This document shows, piece by piece, positions 35,944 to 46,466 of a stretch of 64,000 nucleotides of DNA (positions within the stretch are counted from its first letter, which is position 1; each line of letters opens with the position of its first letter). The position numbers were made by a program, and so were the translations under genes. Below the pieces are notes generated by a model. It had not been told where the DNA came from. It ran no database searches and saw nothing but the letters and a program-made list of their open reading frames with translations. The stretch comes from a virus. The stretch is taken from positions 3,291-67,290 of the IMG/VR virus record IMGVR_UViG_2912865023_000006, one strand, 5' to 3'.

Positions 35944-36794
35944 GGGCGCACACCAACATTATTAAATTCGAGGTCAATCGAACTGCCTATTCGAGAATCC
36001 GCCTCAATCTCCAAGCGTGAAATATTTTCGATCTTTTTTCCTCGCCGATAAACGTCGAACTCTCCTCGCCCTTCATGAATAACGAGTACAAACGGCGCGC
36101 TTTCGATAGTACTTTCGCTCTCAACCGGATTCTTCAACCGCGCTAGCTCTTCGCCGAGCGTCCGATTGTCTTTGTGGAGCGTGTCAATTTCGTCTCTATG
36201 GCGATCGACTGTCCGTTTTAAATACGCAACCTCCTGCGCTAAACTGGCGATAACGTCGATTGGATCGGCTGGCTGCGGTTCGTCTTCGGCAGATTCAACC
36301 GGGACGAGGACGCGATATTCTGTGCCAAGCACAAAGCCAAAATCTTTTACGCCTACGTCTCCGGCAGAATAGAGCGAACTAACTATACCTACGATACCGG
36401 CCTCCTTATCGTTCCCTAGACCTTCGTCAGGTCTAACAACGATAATCTTCTCGCCCACTTTCGCCTCACGTTCGACCATTTTGTAGCGCTCGCCGTCAAT
36501 ATGAACGATGTCGGTCGGATCGAGAAGTACAAATTCGTCTTCCGAATCAAACAGCATATTAACCAAATCTTCTCCGTTTATAGCGCGGTCAATCTGTAAA
36601 GTCTCGTAAGATGAGTCGCCAGCGAAATCATTATCGATAACTTTAGCGATTTGACAAACGTCTTTACCGTCCATTTTCGTTACAAGAACGGTATCGCCAT
36701 TTTCTACCTCCCGATCGACCTCTACGTATTCGCGCTTGATGCCGCCAAGTGTTTCGTCAGCCAGTACGTGGATTTTAGCGTTTGTTTCCGTCAT
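35940..36794 (-). CDS. Hypothetical multidomain protein
   Basis: 284 aa, repeated beta-rich units and coiled coil. Confidence 0.75.
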   Translation of the reverse strand: MTETNAKIHVLADETLGGIKREYVEVDREVENGDTVLVTKMDGKDVCQIAKVIDNDFAGDSSYETLQIDRAINGEDLVNMLFDSEDEFVLLDPTDIVHIDGERYKMVEREAKVGEKIIVVRPDEGLGNDKEAGIVGIVSSLYSAGDVGVKDFGFVLGTEYRVLVPVESAEDEPQPADPIDVIASLAQEVAYLKRTVDRHRDEIDTLHKDNRTLGEELARLKNPVESESTIESAPFVLVIHEGRGEFDVYRRGKKIENISRLEIEADSRIGSSIDLEFNNVGVRP

Positions 36795-36992
36795 TTATTC
36801 CGCCTCCCCAATTGTGAACTCAATTTTTTCGAGTTTTTTACCGATCCGAACGACTTCCGAACGTCTCTTTGCAATCTCCTGATCGACAATCCCCGCAGCA
36901 GGATCGTGATCTATAAACCTACGCACTTCCTCGAGCAGTTTCCACTCCCGTTTTAAAACCCCGTACAAGTGTGCGACTGTTCTTGCGTCCAT
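36795..36992 (-). CDS. Hypothetical protein
   Basis: 65 aa, GGGAGG RBS. Confidence 0.65.
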   Translation of the reverse strand: MDARTVAHLYGVLKREWKLLEEVRRFIDHDPAAGIVDQEIAKRRSEVVRIGKKLEKIEFTIGEAE

Positions 36993-37007
36993 GCACCAAC
37001 CCTCCCG

Positions 37008-37574
37008 TTAATTTATTATGCGAACCTGTACCGACTGCCGTCCGAACTGAACCGCGTCGTCTTCATTCGCAACTAATACGTCAATCTTAGCGCCCTTGAT
37101 CGCGCCTCCAACATCTTGCGTCACCGCTTCAAACGTCGTACCGTCTGCCTGCCGCACCTCAACCGCCGAGCCTAACGCAATAACTGACGGATCTGCCGCT
37201 ATAATGCGCTTGCCTGCGTGATAGATCGTACGGCTAACGTCTATGCCGGTCGCTGTGGTTCCGCTGCAACCTTCCGCGCAATAAGCCGTATACGCAGACG
37301 CCTCGAACGTTTGCCAGCCGGAAGGCTCTGCGTGCTTATGCGGCGATTTTACGTGCTTTTCGTTAGACTGCGCCTTGACTTCGTCTTTTACGGAAGCGAG
37401 TTCGGATTGGAGCGTCTTTATCTTCGCATCCTTGGCCGCCAGTTCAGCGTCCTTGCCATCGATAACGGCTTCCGCCTTTTGCAGCGCGGATTCTTCCTCG
37501 GTGATTCGCGGTGGGTCTGGCGGTGGTGGCTCCGGTGGCTTGGCGGTTGGACTCGTAAGTAATTGCGTTGACAT
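37008..37574 (-). CDS. 3D-domain protein (cell-wall binding / transglycosylase-like)
   Basis: FEASAYT...TATG...IAADPSVIALGS...DVGGAIKGAKIDVL. Confidence 0.9.
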   Translation of the reverse strand: MSTQLLTSPTAKPPEPPPPDPPRITEEESALQKAEAVIDGKDAELAAKDAKIKTLQSELASVKDEVKAQSNEKHVKSPHKHAEPSGWQTFEASAYTAYCAEGCSGTTATGIDVSRTIYHAGKRIIAADPSVIALGSAVEVRQADGTTFEAVTQDVGGAIKGAKIDVLVANEDDAVQFGRQSVQVRIIN

Positions 37575-37600
37575 CGCTAGATTCGTTAGTATACCGATGC

Positions 37601-38296
37601 TTACACCTCCGTTCTTGTTAACTCGTCAATGCTAATCGGAAATTTCGGTTTAACTAACGAGTAAACCGCTTTCGCGTATTCTTGGATTTCGACTTGACTA
37701 TCGTGTGCCAGACGTTGATTTAAGAAATGCACAACCGATTGAAGCGATGCCGTCCAGTAATAGCGTACGTACATGCCGTAAGCCGGAAGGAATAAACGCG
37801 CTTGTTCTGCGCAAACTCCCGAATTCGTAGCACGTTCATACAATCGCTCACCAAACGCAACGTAGTCGATCAAGTCTTGTGTGGCTATTTCGCCTTGTTG
37901 TTCCGGCAAACAATTACCGCTACCTTGCTTCGAATTCTCCGGTGCTGATCTCCATTCGTCTGCTTTCGGAATATAAAACGTAGGCTCCTCGGTAACATAG
38001 CGCCTGCTCGATTCGTTCCATGCGTCCATTGTGTGGTCGGAGCCTACGATGTACTTCCAATGCTGCCGCGCAACCATTAACGGCGCGTATACTTCGAACT
38101 GAAGCGTTGCATGTCGGAAAGGTGATGTGTGGCCTTCTCGCGCAAGAAATTTAATAAGCCGGATATCCTTTTCGTCTAGCTCGGTCGATTCCTTGTCGTA
38201 GGAAACGCGGGCTGAGTTAACAACTGAAAGGTCGGAACCCATTATGTTTGTTAATCGGACATAGCCGTTGTCGAGTACGTTAATCTTTTCGTTCAT
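37601..38296 (-). CDS. thyX: FAD-dependent thymidylate synthase
   Basis: VVNSARVSY, GHTSPFRH, WNESSRRY, QARLFLP, RLAHDSQVEI. Confidence 0.93.
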   Translation of the reverse strand: MNEKINVLDNGYVRLTNIMGSDLSVVNSARVSYDKESTELDEKDIRLIKFLAREGHTSPFRHATLQFEVYAPLMVARQHWKYIVGSDHTMDAWNESSRRYVTEEPTFYIPKADEWRSAPENSKQGSGNCLPEQQGEIATQDLIDYVAFGERLYERATNSGVCAEQARLFLPAYGMYVRYYWTASLQSVVHFLNQRLAHDSQVEIQEYAKAVYSLVKPKFPISIDELTRTEV

Positions 38297-38517
38297 CGTT
38301 CGTCCTCCAATCGTTTTAATGCTTCGCCGTTTTCGCGAATAGTTTCGTTAATCACTAATCTGCGAGCTTTCTCTTTCGTAGTTATTCGGAATGTACAATC
38401 GTCTTCCCCGTACATCTCGCAATAAACAACGTAATCGCGGAATAGGTCGTTCATGTACTCGATGTCGCCGCATCCATATAGCTTATCGTTCAAAAAGCAC
38501 GCATATATTTGCGTCAT
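38293..38517 (-). CDS. Hypothetical protein
   Basis: 74 aa, coupled to thyX. Confidence 0.65.
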   Translation of the reverse strand: MTQIYACFLNDKLYGCGDIEYMNDLFRDYVVYCEMYGEDDCTFRITTKEKARRLVINETIRENGEALKRLEDER

Positions 38518-39060
38518 CTAAGCGTCTTCCTTCGGCAAATCAAATGTCAGTCCGCTGGATTTTAAATGCGTTTCTTCCTTCTTCGCAGTAACCCCGCTAC
38601 TCCCGAAGCCGCCCGCACCACGATCGCTATCGCCGAGCGTATCAACTTCCGTAAACACCGCCTGCTCGACCGGCTTGATAACGGCTTGCGCCAGGCGATC
38701 GCCTTTGCGGATTTTATATGCGCCCCATTCGAAATTACATCCGTAAATTGAATAGTAATCGATACCCATTCCGCTCGGTGCTGTATTATCGACAATCACT
38801 CCGACCTCGCCCCGATATCCCGCGTCAACTGTTCCGAGCTGCACCCGCAATTTAGTCTTCAGCGTAATGCCGGATCGCGGTCGGATCTGCATTTCGTACC
38901 CTTTCGGAATCTCGAACGCCAAGCCCGTCGGCACACACGCCGTTCCGCCCGGTTCGATAATTACGTCGGACGCCGCGACTAGATCGAAGCCTGCGTCCGT
39001 TGCGTGTGCGTAGGCCGGTATTTGACCGTCCGGTGATAACCGCTTAATGTTTACGTTCAT
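38518..39060 (-). CDS. dut: Trimeric dUTPase
   Basis: AGFDL, IRPRSG, GTVDAGYRGEV, GDRLAQ, RGAGGFGSSG; start moved to MNVNIK. Confidence 0.95.
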   Translation of the reverse strand: MNVNIKRLSPDGQIPAYAHATDAGFDLVAASDVIIEPGGTACVPTGLAFEIPKGYEMQIRPRSGITLKTKLRVQLGTVDAGYRGEVGVIVDNTAPSGMGIDYYSIYGCNFEWGAYKIRKGDRLAQAVIKPVEQAVFTEVDTLGDSDRGAGGFGSSGVTAKKEETHLKSSGLTFDLPKEDA

Positions 39061-39203
39061 TTCGTTTCCTCCTTCGTTAATATCGCAATCAAGGCGAACA
39101 CGGCCACTATCGAAAACCACCGGAATCCTATCGTATGGATGTACGGCAGAACGAAAAGCAGTCCGGCGATGATCGTTGCCGTGGCGCTGATAAATCGTTT
39201 CAT
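39057..39203 (-). CDS. Small membrane protein (48 aa)
   Basis: GAGGAGG RBS; MKRFISATATIIAGLLFVLP...; stop overlaps the dut ATG. Confidence 0.6.
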   Translation of the reverse strand: MKRFISATATIIAGLLFVLPYIHTIGFRWFSIVAVFALIAILTKEETK

Positions 39204-39282
39204 AGGCGATGACCTCCTCGGCATGCGTACTTTTGCGACATCCTATGTGAAATAATATGCACCCAGTAGAAAAACCGCGCAA

Positions 39283-40266
39283 TTATCCCTCGAAATAAAA
39301 ATCCGAATCCTTTAGCGCTTCGACCGTCGCCTTCTTATAGCCGTTTCCTTTTTGAGAGAAGAAGTCGTGCGATTTCGTCTTCGTATTCAGTCCGTTCATG
39401 ACGATAGGGTTCGGCCTTTCCTCTTCGAAATACGGATCGAAGCCGAGGTTTTGTAGCGCCTTATTCGCGTTGTAACGAAGGAATCGTTTTACATCGTGTG
39501 TTAAGCCGACCGCATCGTATAGATCCTCGGTATATGCGACCTCATTATCGTACAATTCCGTCAGCAGCTCGACGGCAAAGTCGCGCATCTCAAGCTGGAC
39601 GCCCGGCTCTTGCTTTCCGTATATCTCTTGCGCCAATAAGCCGACGTACACGCCATGGATCGCCTCATCGCGAATAATAAGGTTAATGATCTCGCCGCTG
39701 CTCGTTAGCTTGCCTTGGCCCGCGAAATATAACGGATAATAAAAGCCGGAATAAAACAGGAAGCTTTCGAGGTAAACCGAAGCCACAAGCGCCTTATATA
39801 GCGAAATGGCATCGCCTTCTTTTATGTCGCGATATAAGCCGGTTATCAGAGCCGCCTTCCGTTGCAAATACGGATTCGTCTTAACCCATTCGAAAACTTC
39901 GTTAATTGTTTCGGTAGGCGCGAGCGTCATGAATATATTCGAATAGGACTTCGCATGGACTGCGTTTTCCATCATCGCCATGAAATTCAGGACGGCTTTA
40001 CGTTGGTGGCCGGCGATGTGCTGCGCGATGATAGGCATTCCGGTATTTCCCTGCTCCGTGTCTAATAGCGTCAGGCCCGCAAGTCCCCGCATGTAGGTCG
40101 CCTGCTCGGCCGGCCCCAACGCCTTCCACGAAAGGAGATCGCCATTAAGCGAAATCTCTTCCGGAAGCCAGAACTGCTTAACGTTCTGCGCGTAGAACAT
40201 TTGCGTGAAGTCGTCTTCGTGTCGCGACCAATCAGCCGCCGTATGGATTGCGTTTGCGTTCGTCAA
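39283..40266 (-). CDS. nrdF: Ribonucleotide reductase class Ib beta subunit
   Basis: [35 protein letters not shown]. Confidence 0.96.
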   Translation of the reverse strand: MTNANAIHTAADWSRHEDDFTQMFYAQNVKQFWLPEEISLNGDLLSWKALGPAEQATYMRGLAGLTLLDTEQGNTGMPIIAQHIAGHQRKAVLNFMAMMENAVHAKSYSNIFMTLAPTETINEVFEWVKTNPYLQRKAALITGLYRDIKEGDAISLYKALVASVYLESFLFYSGFYYPLYFAGQGKLTSSGEIINLIIRDEAIHGVYVGLLAQEIYGKQEPGVQLEMRDFAVELLTELYDNEVAYTEDLYDAVGLTHDVKRFLRYNANKALQNLGFDPYFEEERPNPIVMNGLNTKTKSHDFFSQKGNGYKKATVEALKDSDFYFEG

Positions 40267-40449
40267 TTATTCGTCCTCCTTTTTATATCCGTCCAACAAT
40301 GCGATCAGAACTCCCGGCGGAATATTCGCGTAATTCATAAGATCACAACACCGACTTGCGTACCTTCTCAATTTCGCCAGATCTTCGTCCGATAGCCGTT
40401 GATTCACGAGCATAACCTCCTCTTCGTTTAAACGACGCAACTCAAGCAA
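40267..40449 (-). CDS. Hypothetical protein
   Basis: 60 aa between nrdE and nrdF. Confidence 0.55.
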   Translation of the reverse strand: MLELRRLNEEEVMLVNQRLSDEDLAKLRRYASRCCDLMNYANIPPGVLIALLDGYKKEDE

Positions 40450-43400
40450 CCCTCCTGCCCGGTATCCTTCGTCCGCGCGTAGTACAGCGTTTTGATGCCG
40501 CGATGGTGTGCGTATAAGTCAATCCGGTTCAGATCGCGCGTCGTCATCGTATCTTTCAAGAACAGCGTAAACGAAATACCTTGGTCGACGTGCTGCTGAA
40601 TCGTTGCGATCATATCGACGACTTTAAACATATCCATGTCGTACGCTTCCTTGTAGAAAAACCAATTCTGCGGTGATAACCCCGGCATAGGATAATACGT
40701 TTTCGAATTTCCGTACGTACGCTCCTCGATGCGCTCCATAATCGGCATGACTGACGCCGTAGCCGACTGCACGTACGAAATAGATCCCGTCGGTGCGATC
40801 GCAAGTCTATACGAATGATAGAGTCCGTGGAGCATAACGTTAACCTCCAAGCGAACCCAATCGATGCGCTTCGGAATTTCAACGCCTTCAATCAGCTTCG
40901 CGACCTTCTCCGTTTTAGGACGGAAGTCCTCTGCGATGTACTTATCGAAGTAGCTGCCGTCTGCATACGTTGATCCTTCGAATCCCTCGAACGTGCTTCC
41001 GGTTTCCTTCGCAAGCTCCATTGACCGCACCAGCGACCAATAATTGACGAGCGCAAAGAATACGTTAGCAAAGTCGCGCGCTTCCTCCGATTCATAAGCG
41101 ATACCATTTTGCGCTAAATAGCCGTGCAGATTCATCGCGCCGAGTCCGATCGACCGCATCTCCCGGTTAGCTCGCGCAACAGCAGGCGCATTCTTGATAT
41201 TCGAAGTTTCCGAGACTCGCGTTAGAGCATCAACGGACAGCTTAACGATCGTTTCGAAGTCTCCGTTTTTCATTACGTTCGCAACGTTGAGCGAGCCGAG
41301 GTTGCATGAAATATCGAGGCCGATTTCGTCTTCTTCGCCGTAGTCGGTGTATTCCGATACTTGCGACGCCTGAAGCACCTCCGAACACAGATTCGAAAAC
41401 TTAACCTTCGACACGTGACCGTTCGCGTGCTCTGCGTTTACGTTGCCTTCGAACATGATATACGGATAGCCCGATTCAGAACGCAACACGGCGAGCTTTT
41501 CGAGTAGCTTACGAGCGTCGATCTTGTCTTTACGGACGGCCGGATTATCGACGAGCTGATCGTACATCTCTTCGATATCCATTTCGTCTAAGTGTTGGCC
41601 ATACGCTTTGTAAACGGTGTGCGGATAGAATACGTAAGCCGGCCGATTCTCTCGCGCCAGTTCGATAAATTTATCCGGAAGGACAACGCCGATGGATAAC
41701 GTTTTGACACGTACGTCTTCATCTGCCGAGATTTTTTTGGTCAGTTACCCCTGTATTTCTACAAGGACTGGACTATATCTTCGTCTACGTGAGACGCCTT
41801 GCGCTTCAACCGGTGCTAATCTCCGGCTTACTATTAGTCTCTACACCTTCCGAGCACCTATAATAGTTTTCGAATCTTGGGTTGTTCACGCGACTTGTTA
41901 TAGTCGTTCGGCTTATTCCTAACTGCCGGCTAGCCTCTGACATTGAGTAATAAAAAACACCGTCTATATAAATTCCTGCTTTATTACCGTTGTTCAAACG
42001 TAGCTTTAAGCGCTCATCATCTGATTTTTTCCGCCCCTTGTGCGCCTCTGACATTTTTAGTCTCGTTTCTTTCGTGTGCTTTCGCCCATCAAAGCGTTTA
42101 GTTATTTTACTGCGCATCTTCTCCATGTGCTCCGCGTTGTTATACCATGGATTGTTTTCTCCTGAATTTATTTCAGATAGTTTTTTCTTTACACCCTCGC
42201 TATGCGTTCGGCCAAACATGGGATTCTTATCCCCTTCATAAGACATACCAAATGCATTGCAATATAAGTTGTATCTTAGAGATTCGTCGGACCTGTCTAT
42301 CCAATATTGCTCTGCTTCAAACAATTCATGGCGATCAATTTCCTCGAAGCTCTGTAGTACTTCAAACTCAAAAGCTTTTTCTCCGAACGAATTATATTCC
42401 TCTTGCAGAGGGCGGTTGTGGTGTACGCCTCTTCTGAGTAAGTTAAAATGATCCCTCTTTCTTTTGTCAGAATCGGAACTACTTCCGATATAAACCTTTC
42501 CATTCTTTACGTTCGTGATTTTATAAACAGCCTTCACTTTTTTCACCTCCTTTAGTGCTCGGCTTGGCACGGGATTGCCACCACCTTTACGTGCTGAGGT
42601 TCCCCCGTTAGCCCTCTAATGAGGACACCGCTTTTGCATGCGTTCACAAGGTTTTCACTACCCAATCGCTTGGATAGGCGACTACCATTTAATCGAGAAA
42701 ATCGTTAATGTCCGCATGGAATACGTTAAGGTACGCTGCGCCGGAGCCCTGCCGCTGACCCATCTGATCTGCGTAACGGAACGCATTATCGAGCAGCTTC
42801 ATAACGCCGACTACGCCCTTCGTCGCGTTCTCTACGTCTTTGATCGCCTCGCCTTTCGCACGGATCTTCGATAAATTCAACGACACGCCTCCGCCTACTT
42901 TCGATAGCTGCATCGAGATCCCGACGGCTCTTTCGATGTCATTCAACGAGTCGCCTACTTCGAGCAAAAAACACGAAACTAATTCGCCCCGACGTTTCCG
43001 GCCGGCATTTAAGAACGTCGGCGTTGACGGTTGATATTCCTGACGCATCATAAGATTTACGTACTCGATCGCCTTGGTTGCGTCTCCTCCCGCAAAGAAC
43101 AACGCAACAATAGAAGCGCGATCTTCGTAGCGTTCGAGAATCTTTTTGCCATCGTTCGTCTTAAGCGCATAGTCGTTGTAGAATTTGAACGCGCTCATGA
43201 ACGAAGGGAATCGGAATTTGTGCGCATAGGCCGCCTGATAGACCGCCTTGATTTCATCGAACGTATAGGCGTCGAGAAATTCGGTTTCGTAGTAATCGTT
43301 ATCGCGTAGGTAGTCGAGCTTTTCGCGAAGGTCGTGGAAAAATACGGTGTTTTGATTTACGTAGTCGATAAAATAAGCGCGGACGGCTTCGATATCCTTT

Positions 43401-43483
43401 TCGAATTGGAACCGGCCGTCCTTCTGTATCATAATTTCGTTATTAAGTTCGATATAGCTTGCATGTTTATTCGTCAAGCGCAT
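40428..43483 (-). CDS. nrdE: RNR class Ib alpha subunit, two exons (43483-42692 and 41741-40428), about 701 aa after splicing
   Basis: The join restores HADINDFLD|TKKISADEDVRVKTLSIGVV; SNLCSE active site and C-terminal CLSCVV. Confidence 0.95.
41742..42691 (-). mobile_element. Group I intron in nrdE (950 nt)
   Basis: 5' exon ends in U, intron ends in G; R element GTAGAGACTA and S element AAGATATAGTCC; in-frame exon join. Confidence 0.92.
41806..42537 (-). CDS. Intron-encoded GIY-YIG homing endonuclease with NUMOD3 repeats
   Basis: AVYKITN...VYIGSS, NPMFGRTHS, GRKHTKETRLKMSEA; GTG start behind AAGGAGGTG. Confidence 0.93.
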   Translation of the reverse strand: MKAVYKITNVKNGKVYIGSSSDSDKRKRDHFNLLRRGVHHNRPLQEEYNSFGEKAFEFEVLQSFEEIDRHELFEAEQYWIDRSDESLRYNLYCNAFGMSYEGDKNPMFGRTHSEGVKKKLSEINSGENNPWYNNAEHMEKMRSKITKRFDGRKHTKETRLKMSEAHKGRKKSDDERLKLRLNNGNKAGIYIDGVFYYSMSEASRQLGISRTTITSRVNNPRFENYYRCSEGVETNSKPEISTG

Positions 43484-43823
43484 TCACCCTCTCGATAAAT
43501 TGTCGTACATCTGCGTCCGTGCCCGCTAATTCAAAGCGCCCGACTATCGGCACGCCGTATTGCGCCTCAATCACATCGGCCGCCTTTGCGTAATTATCGC
43601 CCCAATTGCGGTTCCCCGACGCAGCCACGCCCGCAAGATAGTCGCTGTTATCCGCGAGGAAATCCGAAACCGTGCCGGCAACCTGACCGAAGCCGTACGT
43701 ACCGGTCACGCATACGAACGGCTCGGCGAGCATCAGGCCCGGCTTAATTTCGACGGCGGCCAGACCGGTCTTAGCGACGAATCGGCGGACGTTGCCTGTC
43801 AGCGAATAGTAAGCGATCAGCAT
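43467..43823 (-). CDS. nrdI: Flavodoxin-like RNR accessory protein
   Basis: YYSLTGNVRRFV, TYGFGQV, ASGNRNWG. Confidence 0.95.
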   Translation of the reverse strand: MLIAYYSLTGNVRRFVAKTGLAAVEIKPGLMLAEPFVCVTGTYGFGQVAGTVSDFLADNSDYLAGVAASGNRNWGDNYAKAADVIEAQYGVPIVGRFELAGTDADVRQFIERVNALDE

Positions 43824-43828
43824 CCGAT

Positions 43829-44014
43829 CTACCCCTTCCGTCTCTCAATTTCCGCCTCAACTTCGTCCAGACGCGCCTGTGTCCGTTCTCGCTCGATACG
43901 CTCCTCGATTAGTTTCCGGTCGTGGAAGCTGATGGCGGTATCACTTTCGATCAGTTTTTCGTTAAGCCAGCGTCTCATATTTCGCAAACCTTCGTCAGTT
44001 GCTCCGTGAATCAT
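43829..44014 (-). CDS. Hypothetical protein
   Basis: 61 aa, coupled. Confidence 0.6.
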   Translation of the reverse strand: MIHGATDEGLRNMRRWLNEKLIESDTAISFHDRKLIEERIERERTQARLDEVEAEIERRKG

Positions 44015-44265
44015 TCGGCCGTTCCCTCCGTTTCGCGCTCGCGTTTATATGCGCGGTATGGTTCGACGATCAGCCATAGGACAAAACGGACGATTCCGTA
44101 AAGCCCGACGAGAAGCAGGCCGAATACGGCCGCAATCGTAAAGATCGCTTTTGCTACGGGAGATTCTATCGCCCATATCAGAAATCTGACTAATAGAAAA
44201 AACGTTGCGATTGTAAGTATCCACGAAAGCGTTTCGATTAATCTCCGCTTAAACATTCGCATCAC
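44011..44265 (-). CDS. Hypothetical membrane protein
   Basis: Two TM segments. Confidence 0.65.
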   Translation of the reverse strand: MMRMFKRRLIETLSWILTIATFFLLVRFLIWAIESPVAKAIFTIAAVFGLLLVGLYGIVRFVLWLIVEPYRAYKRERETEGTAE

Positions 44266-44627
44266 TTCTCCTTTACCGTCATTATATTTTCGTAGCTCGA
44301 CATGAACGGAATACGGAAGCCGACCGTCTTGAATTCGTACGTCTTACCGATTTCGATCTCCGCGTACAGATCGCTGGAATTAAACTTCCGCGCAAATATC
44401 GCGTCGGTATTTTCGAACACTTTTGCGTTACCTTTCTCGTCATCTCCGAAAATCAGATACTTCGAGGAATCGTCAGACGTTTTCGTTTCTTTATCCGTCA
44501 CTTTTATTACGTAAGTGTTTTCGTTATGATAAGACGCAATCGTATACGCCGGCGCTGCTACCACGAAAACAAATACGAACAATGCGATTACCGCGATAGT
44601 TACCCATTTAATTAAGCGCTCCATCAT
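44262..44627 (-). CDS. Membrane-anchored conserved phage protein (DUF1523-like)
   Basis: N-terminal TM; VFENTD...KFNSSDLY...GFRIPFMSSYENI. Confidence 0.7.
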   Translation of the reverse strand: MMERLIKWVTIAVIALFVFVFVVAAPAYTIASYHNENTYVIKVTDKETKTSDDSSKYLIFGDDEKGNAKVFENTDAIFARKFNSSDLYAEIEIGKTYEFKTVGFRIPFMSSYENIMTVKEK

Positions 44628-45157
44628 TCCGCCTCCCCCGGTTTTATAATCTTCTCGCGGACAAGATACGAAAGCCCAATCGCCACCGCATCTGATTCGT
44701 CATCTGTCCGAAATGTAAAGTCGGCCGGGAGCGAAAGTATCCGCCGTACTCCCGCCTCTACTTCGTCTTTTGATGCGCTGCCTTTTCCGGTTACGTCCTT
44801 TTTAACCGTTGTCGGCGTGATCTCCACATCCGCCTTATAGCCGTATTTACCAAGCGCTAAGTCGATGACAGCCCACGCACCAAACACCGTTTGGGTCGAT
44901 CGCCTATTGCGCCCTTTCGTGTAATGCTCCCGGACAACAACGTCGAACGGTCCGTGTTCGTGCAGGACCATCGTTGCCGCTGCCTCGATATAGGAATACC
45001 GGTGACTGTCCGGCGACTGGCTCGTCGTGCTTACAGACGTTACGTGTACGAGATTCACACGCGGCCCTGACTTCAGCCGTTTGACTTCGAGGACGGCGAA
45101 GCCGGGATTAGTCGATATGTCTAACGCTAGGATGCGGATAGGCTTGGCGCTAGTCAT
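44624..45157 (-). CDS. RuvC-like Holliday junction resolvase
   Basis: ILALDIS, VVVREH, TTVKK, DESDAVAI. Confidence 0.88.
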   Translation of the reverse strand: MTSAKPIRILALDISTNPGFAVLEVKRLKSGPRVNLVHVTSVSTTSQSPDSHRYSYIEAAATMVLHEHGPFDVVVREHYTKGRNRRSTQTVFGAWAVIDLALGKYGYKADVEITPTTVKKDVTGKGSASKDEVEAGVRRILSLPADFTFRTDDESDAVAIGLSYLVREKIIKPGEAE

Positions 45158-45411
45158 CGGATCTCCTTTTCGAATACGTAAACGCTATTCTCTGTCTGGA
45201 CTATTAAACGATTCGCCGTTTTCCAATCGGAGTTATACGCCTCAACCTTAGTTGTAATTAAGCGCTTATTTCCATCGATAAAATCAAAAAGTAGTCGAGC
45301 ACCTAGGGATACGTTTGCAATGTACCCCGATTGACCTCCGTACTTAGCTTCGGAGTCTTTCGCAATACCGGTGTTCTTATCACGAGCTGTTGTAAATATA
45401 TACCGCATCAA
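45154..45411 (-). CDS. Hypothetical protein
   Basis: 85 aa, coupled. Confidence 0.65.
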   Translation of the reverse strand: MMRYIFTTARDKNTGIAKDSEAKYGGQSGYIANVSLGARLLFDFIDGNKRLITTKVEAYNSDWKTANRLIVQTENSVYVFEKEIR

Positions 45412-46466
45412 ACCGCCTCCCCTTTGCGTACTTTTTCGATAAACTCTAGCGCCCCGGCGTACTGCCTTTTCGTAGAATCAAAGACGTTCGACCGTTTGAC
45501 TCGCGAAACCTTATCGCGGATGGCTTCCAGCTCGGCCGCCGTAAGTGATTGCGCTATGGCCGTTTTATATCCGTTGAATGTCCAGCCGTTAAGGTCGACC
45601 GCCATTGGCTTTCCGTCGTCAATCGAATTCTGAATTTCTACGAATCTATCGAGCAGCACATCGATGTCTTCGCGTCCGATTTCGAGGCCGAACGCCCGGA
45701 TGTCCGGCGACTTTTCGAATTCGCCTTCTTCGTACTCCCACGCCTTCTTCGATGCGTTTACGTAGAGGATTACGTATAAGTCGACGCCATACATCTCCGC
45801 ATAAGCGACGCACTGCTTAACGTGCTTTTCATCCGGCTTCTTCAGCGAATAGAAAGACGTACGGGCTGCGCTCGTTTGCTTCGATTTGATTTCGAGGCCT
45901 ACGCGCAATACTTCGCCATCCTCGGTGACATAGCGCATGATGCCGTCGCATGTTCCATACAGATGAAACGTCTTGCCGGCGTGCTCGATCTTATGGTTCC
46001 GCTTGGCGAAGTCCTCGAACACCGGCGTACCGTCTTCGTTGCGTTCGAAGCTGAACGGGCAGGGCCGACCGACTTTCTTTTCGAAATGTTTTTCCATAAA
46101 GAGCAGATCACGCTGGATCATATCGCCGATTGCCGTTCCGATTCGGGTCCAACGACCCTGATACGGAGGTTTTCGCGTTTCGTCTTTCGGTGATCCGATC
46201 GCTTTGTGATAGAGCTCGCGCGGACATGCGTTTGCAGATGACGGTGAAAAATATGGCTTCTTCGGAAATACTTTCGGAGCGTCTGCGTACCATCGGTGTA
46301 TCTGCGCGTCCAGTGCGTTATCCCACGTTTCCGGAAGCGAGTGCCATTTGTTTAGATATTCGATGAGCTCATCCGCAATCTGCTGTGCATAGCCGGTCGG
46401 TTCGGGCGCCGGCGATAATTGAGCACGTAGTGAATTTGCGGCTGATCGTGCGTTTGCGTTCGTCAA
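45408..46466 (-). CDS. PD-(D/E)XK Cas4-like exonuclease
   Basis: FSPSS..CPRELY, GTAIGD, GTCDGI, LEIKS, QCVAY. Confidence 0.8.
   Translation of the reverse strand: MTNANARSAANSLRAQLSPAPEPTGYAQQIADELIEYLNKWHSLPETWDNALDAQIHRWYADAPKVFPKKPYFSPSSANACPRELYHKAIGSPKDETRKPPYQGRWTRIGTAIGDMIQRDLLFMEKHFEKKVGRPCPFSFERNEDGTPVFEDFAKRNHKIEHAGKTFHLYGTCDGIMRYVTEDGEVLRVGLEIKSKQTSAARTSFYSLKKPDEKHVKQCVAYAEMYGVDLYVILYVNASKKAWEYEEGEFEKSPDIRAFGLEIGREDIDVLLDRFVEIQNSIDDGKPMAVDLNGWTFNGYKTAIAQSLTAAELEAIRDKVSRVKRSNVFDSTKRQYAGALEFIEKVRKGEAV

Noticed and set aside
40428-41582. Treating 40428..41582 and 42689..43483 as two genes or a pseudogene
   Set aside because: Explained by group I intron splicing into one in-frame nrdE.
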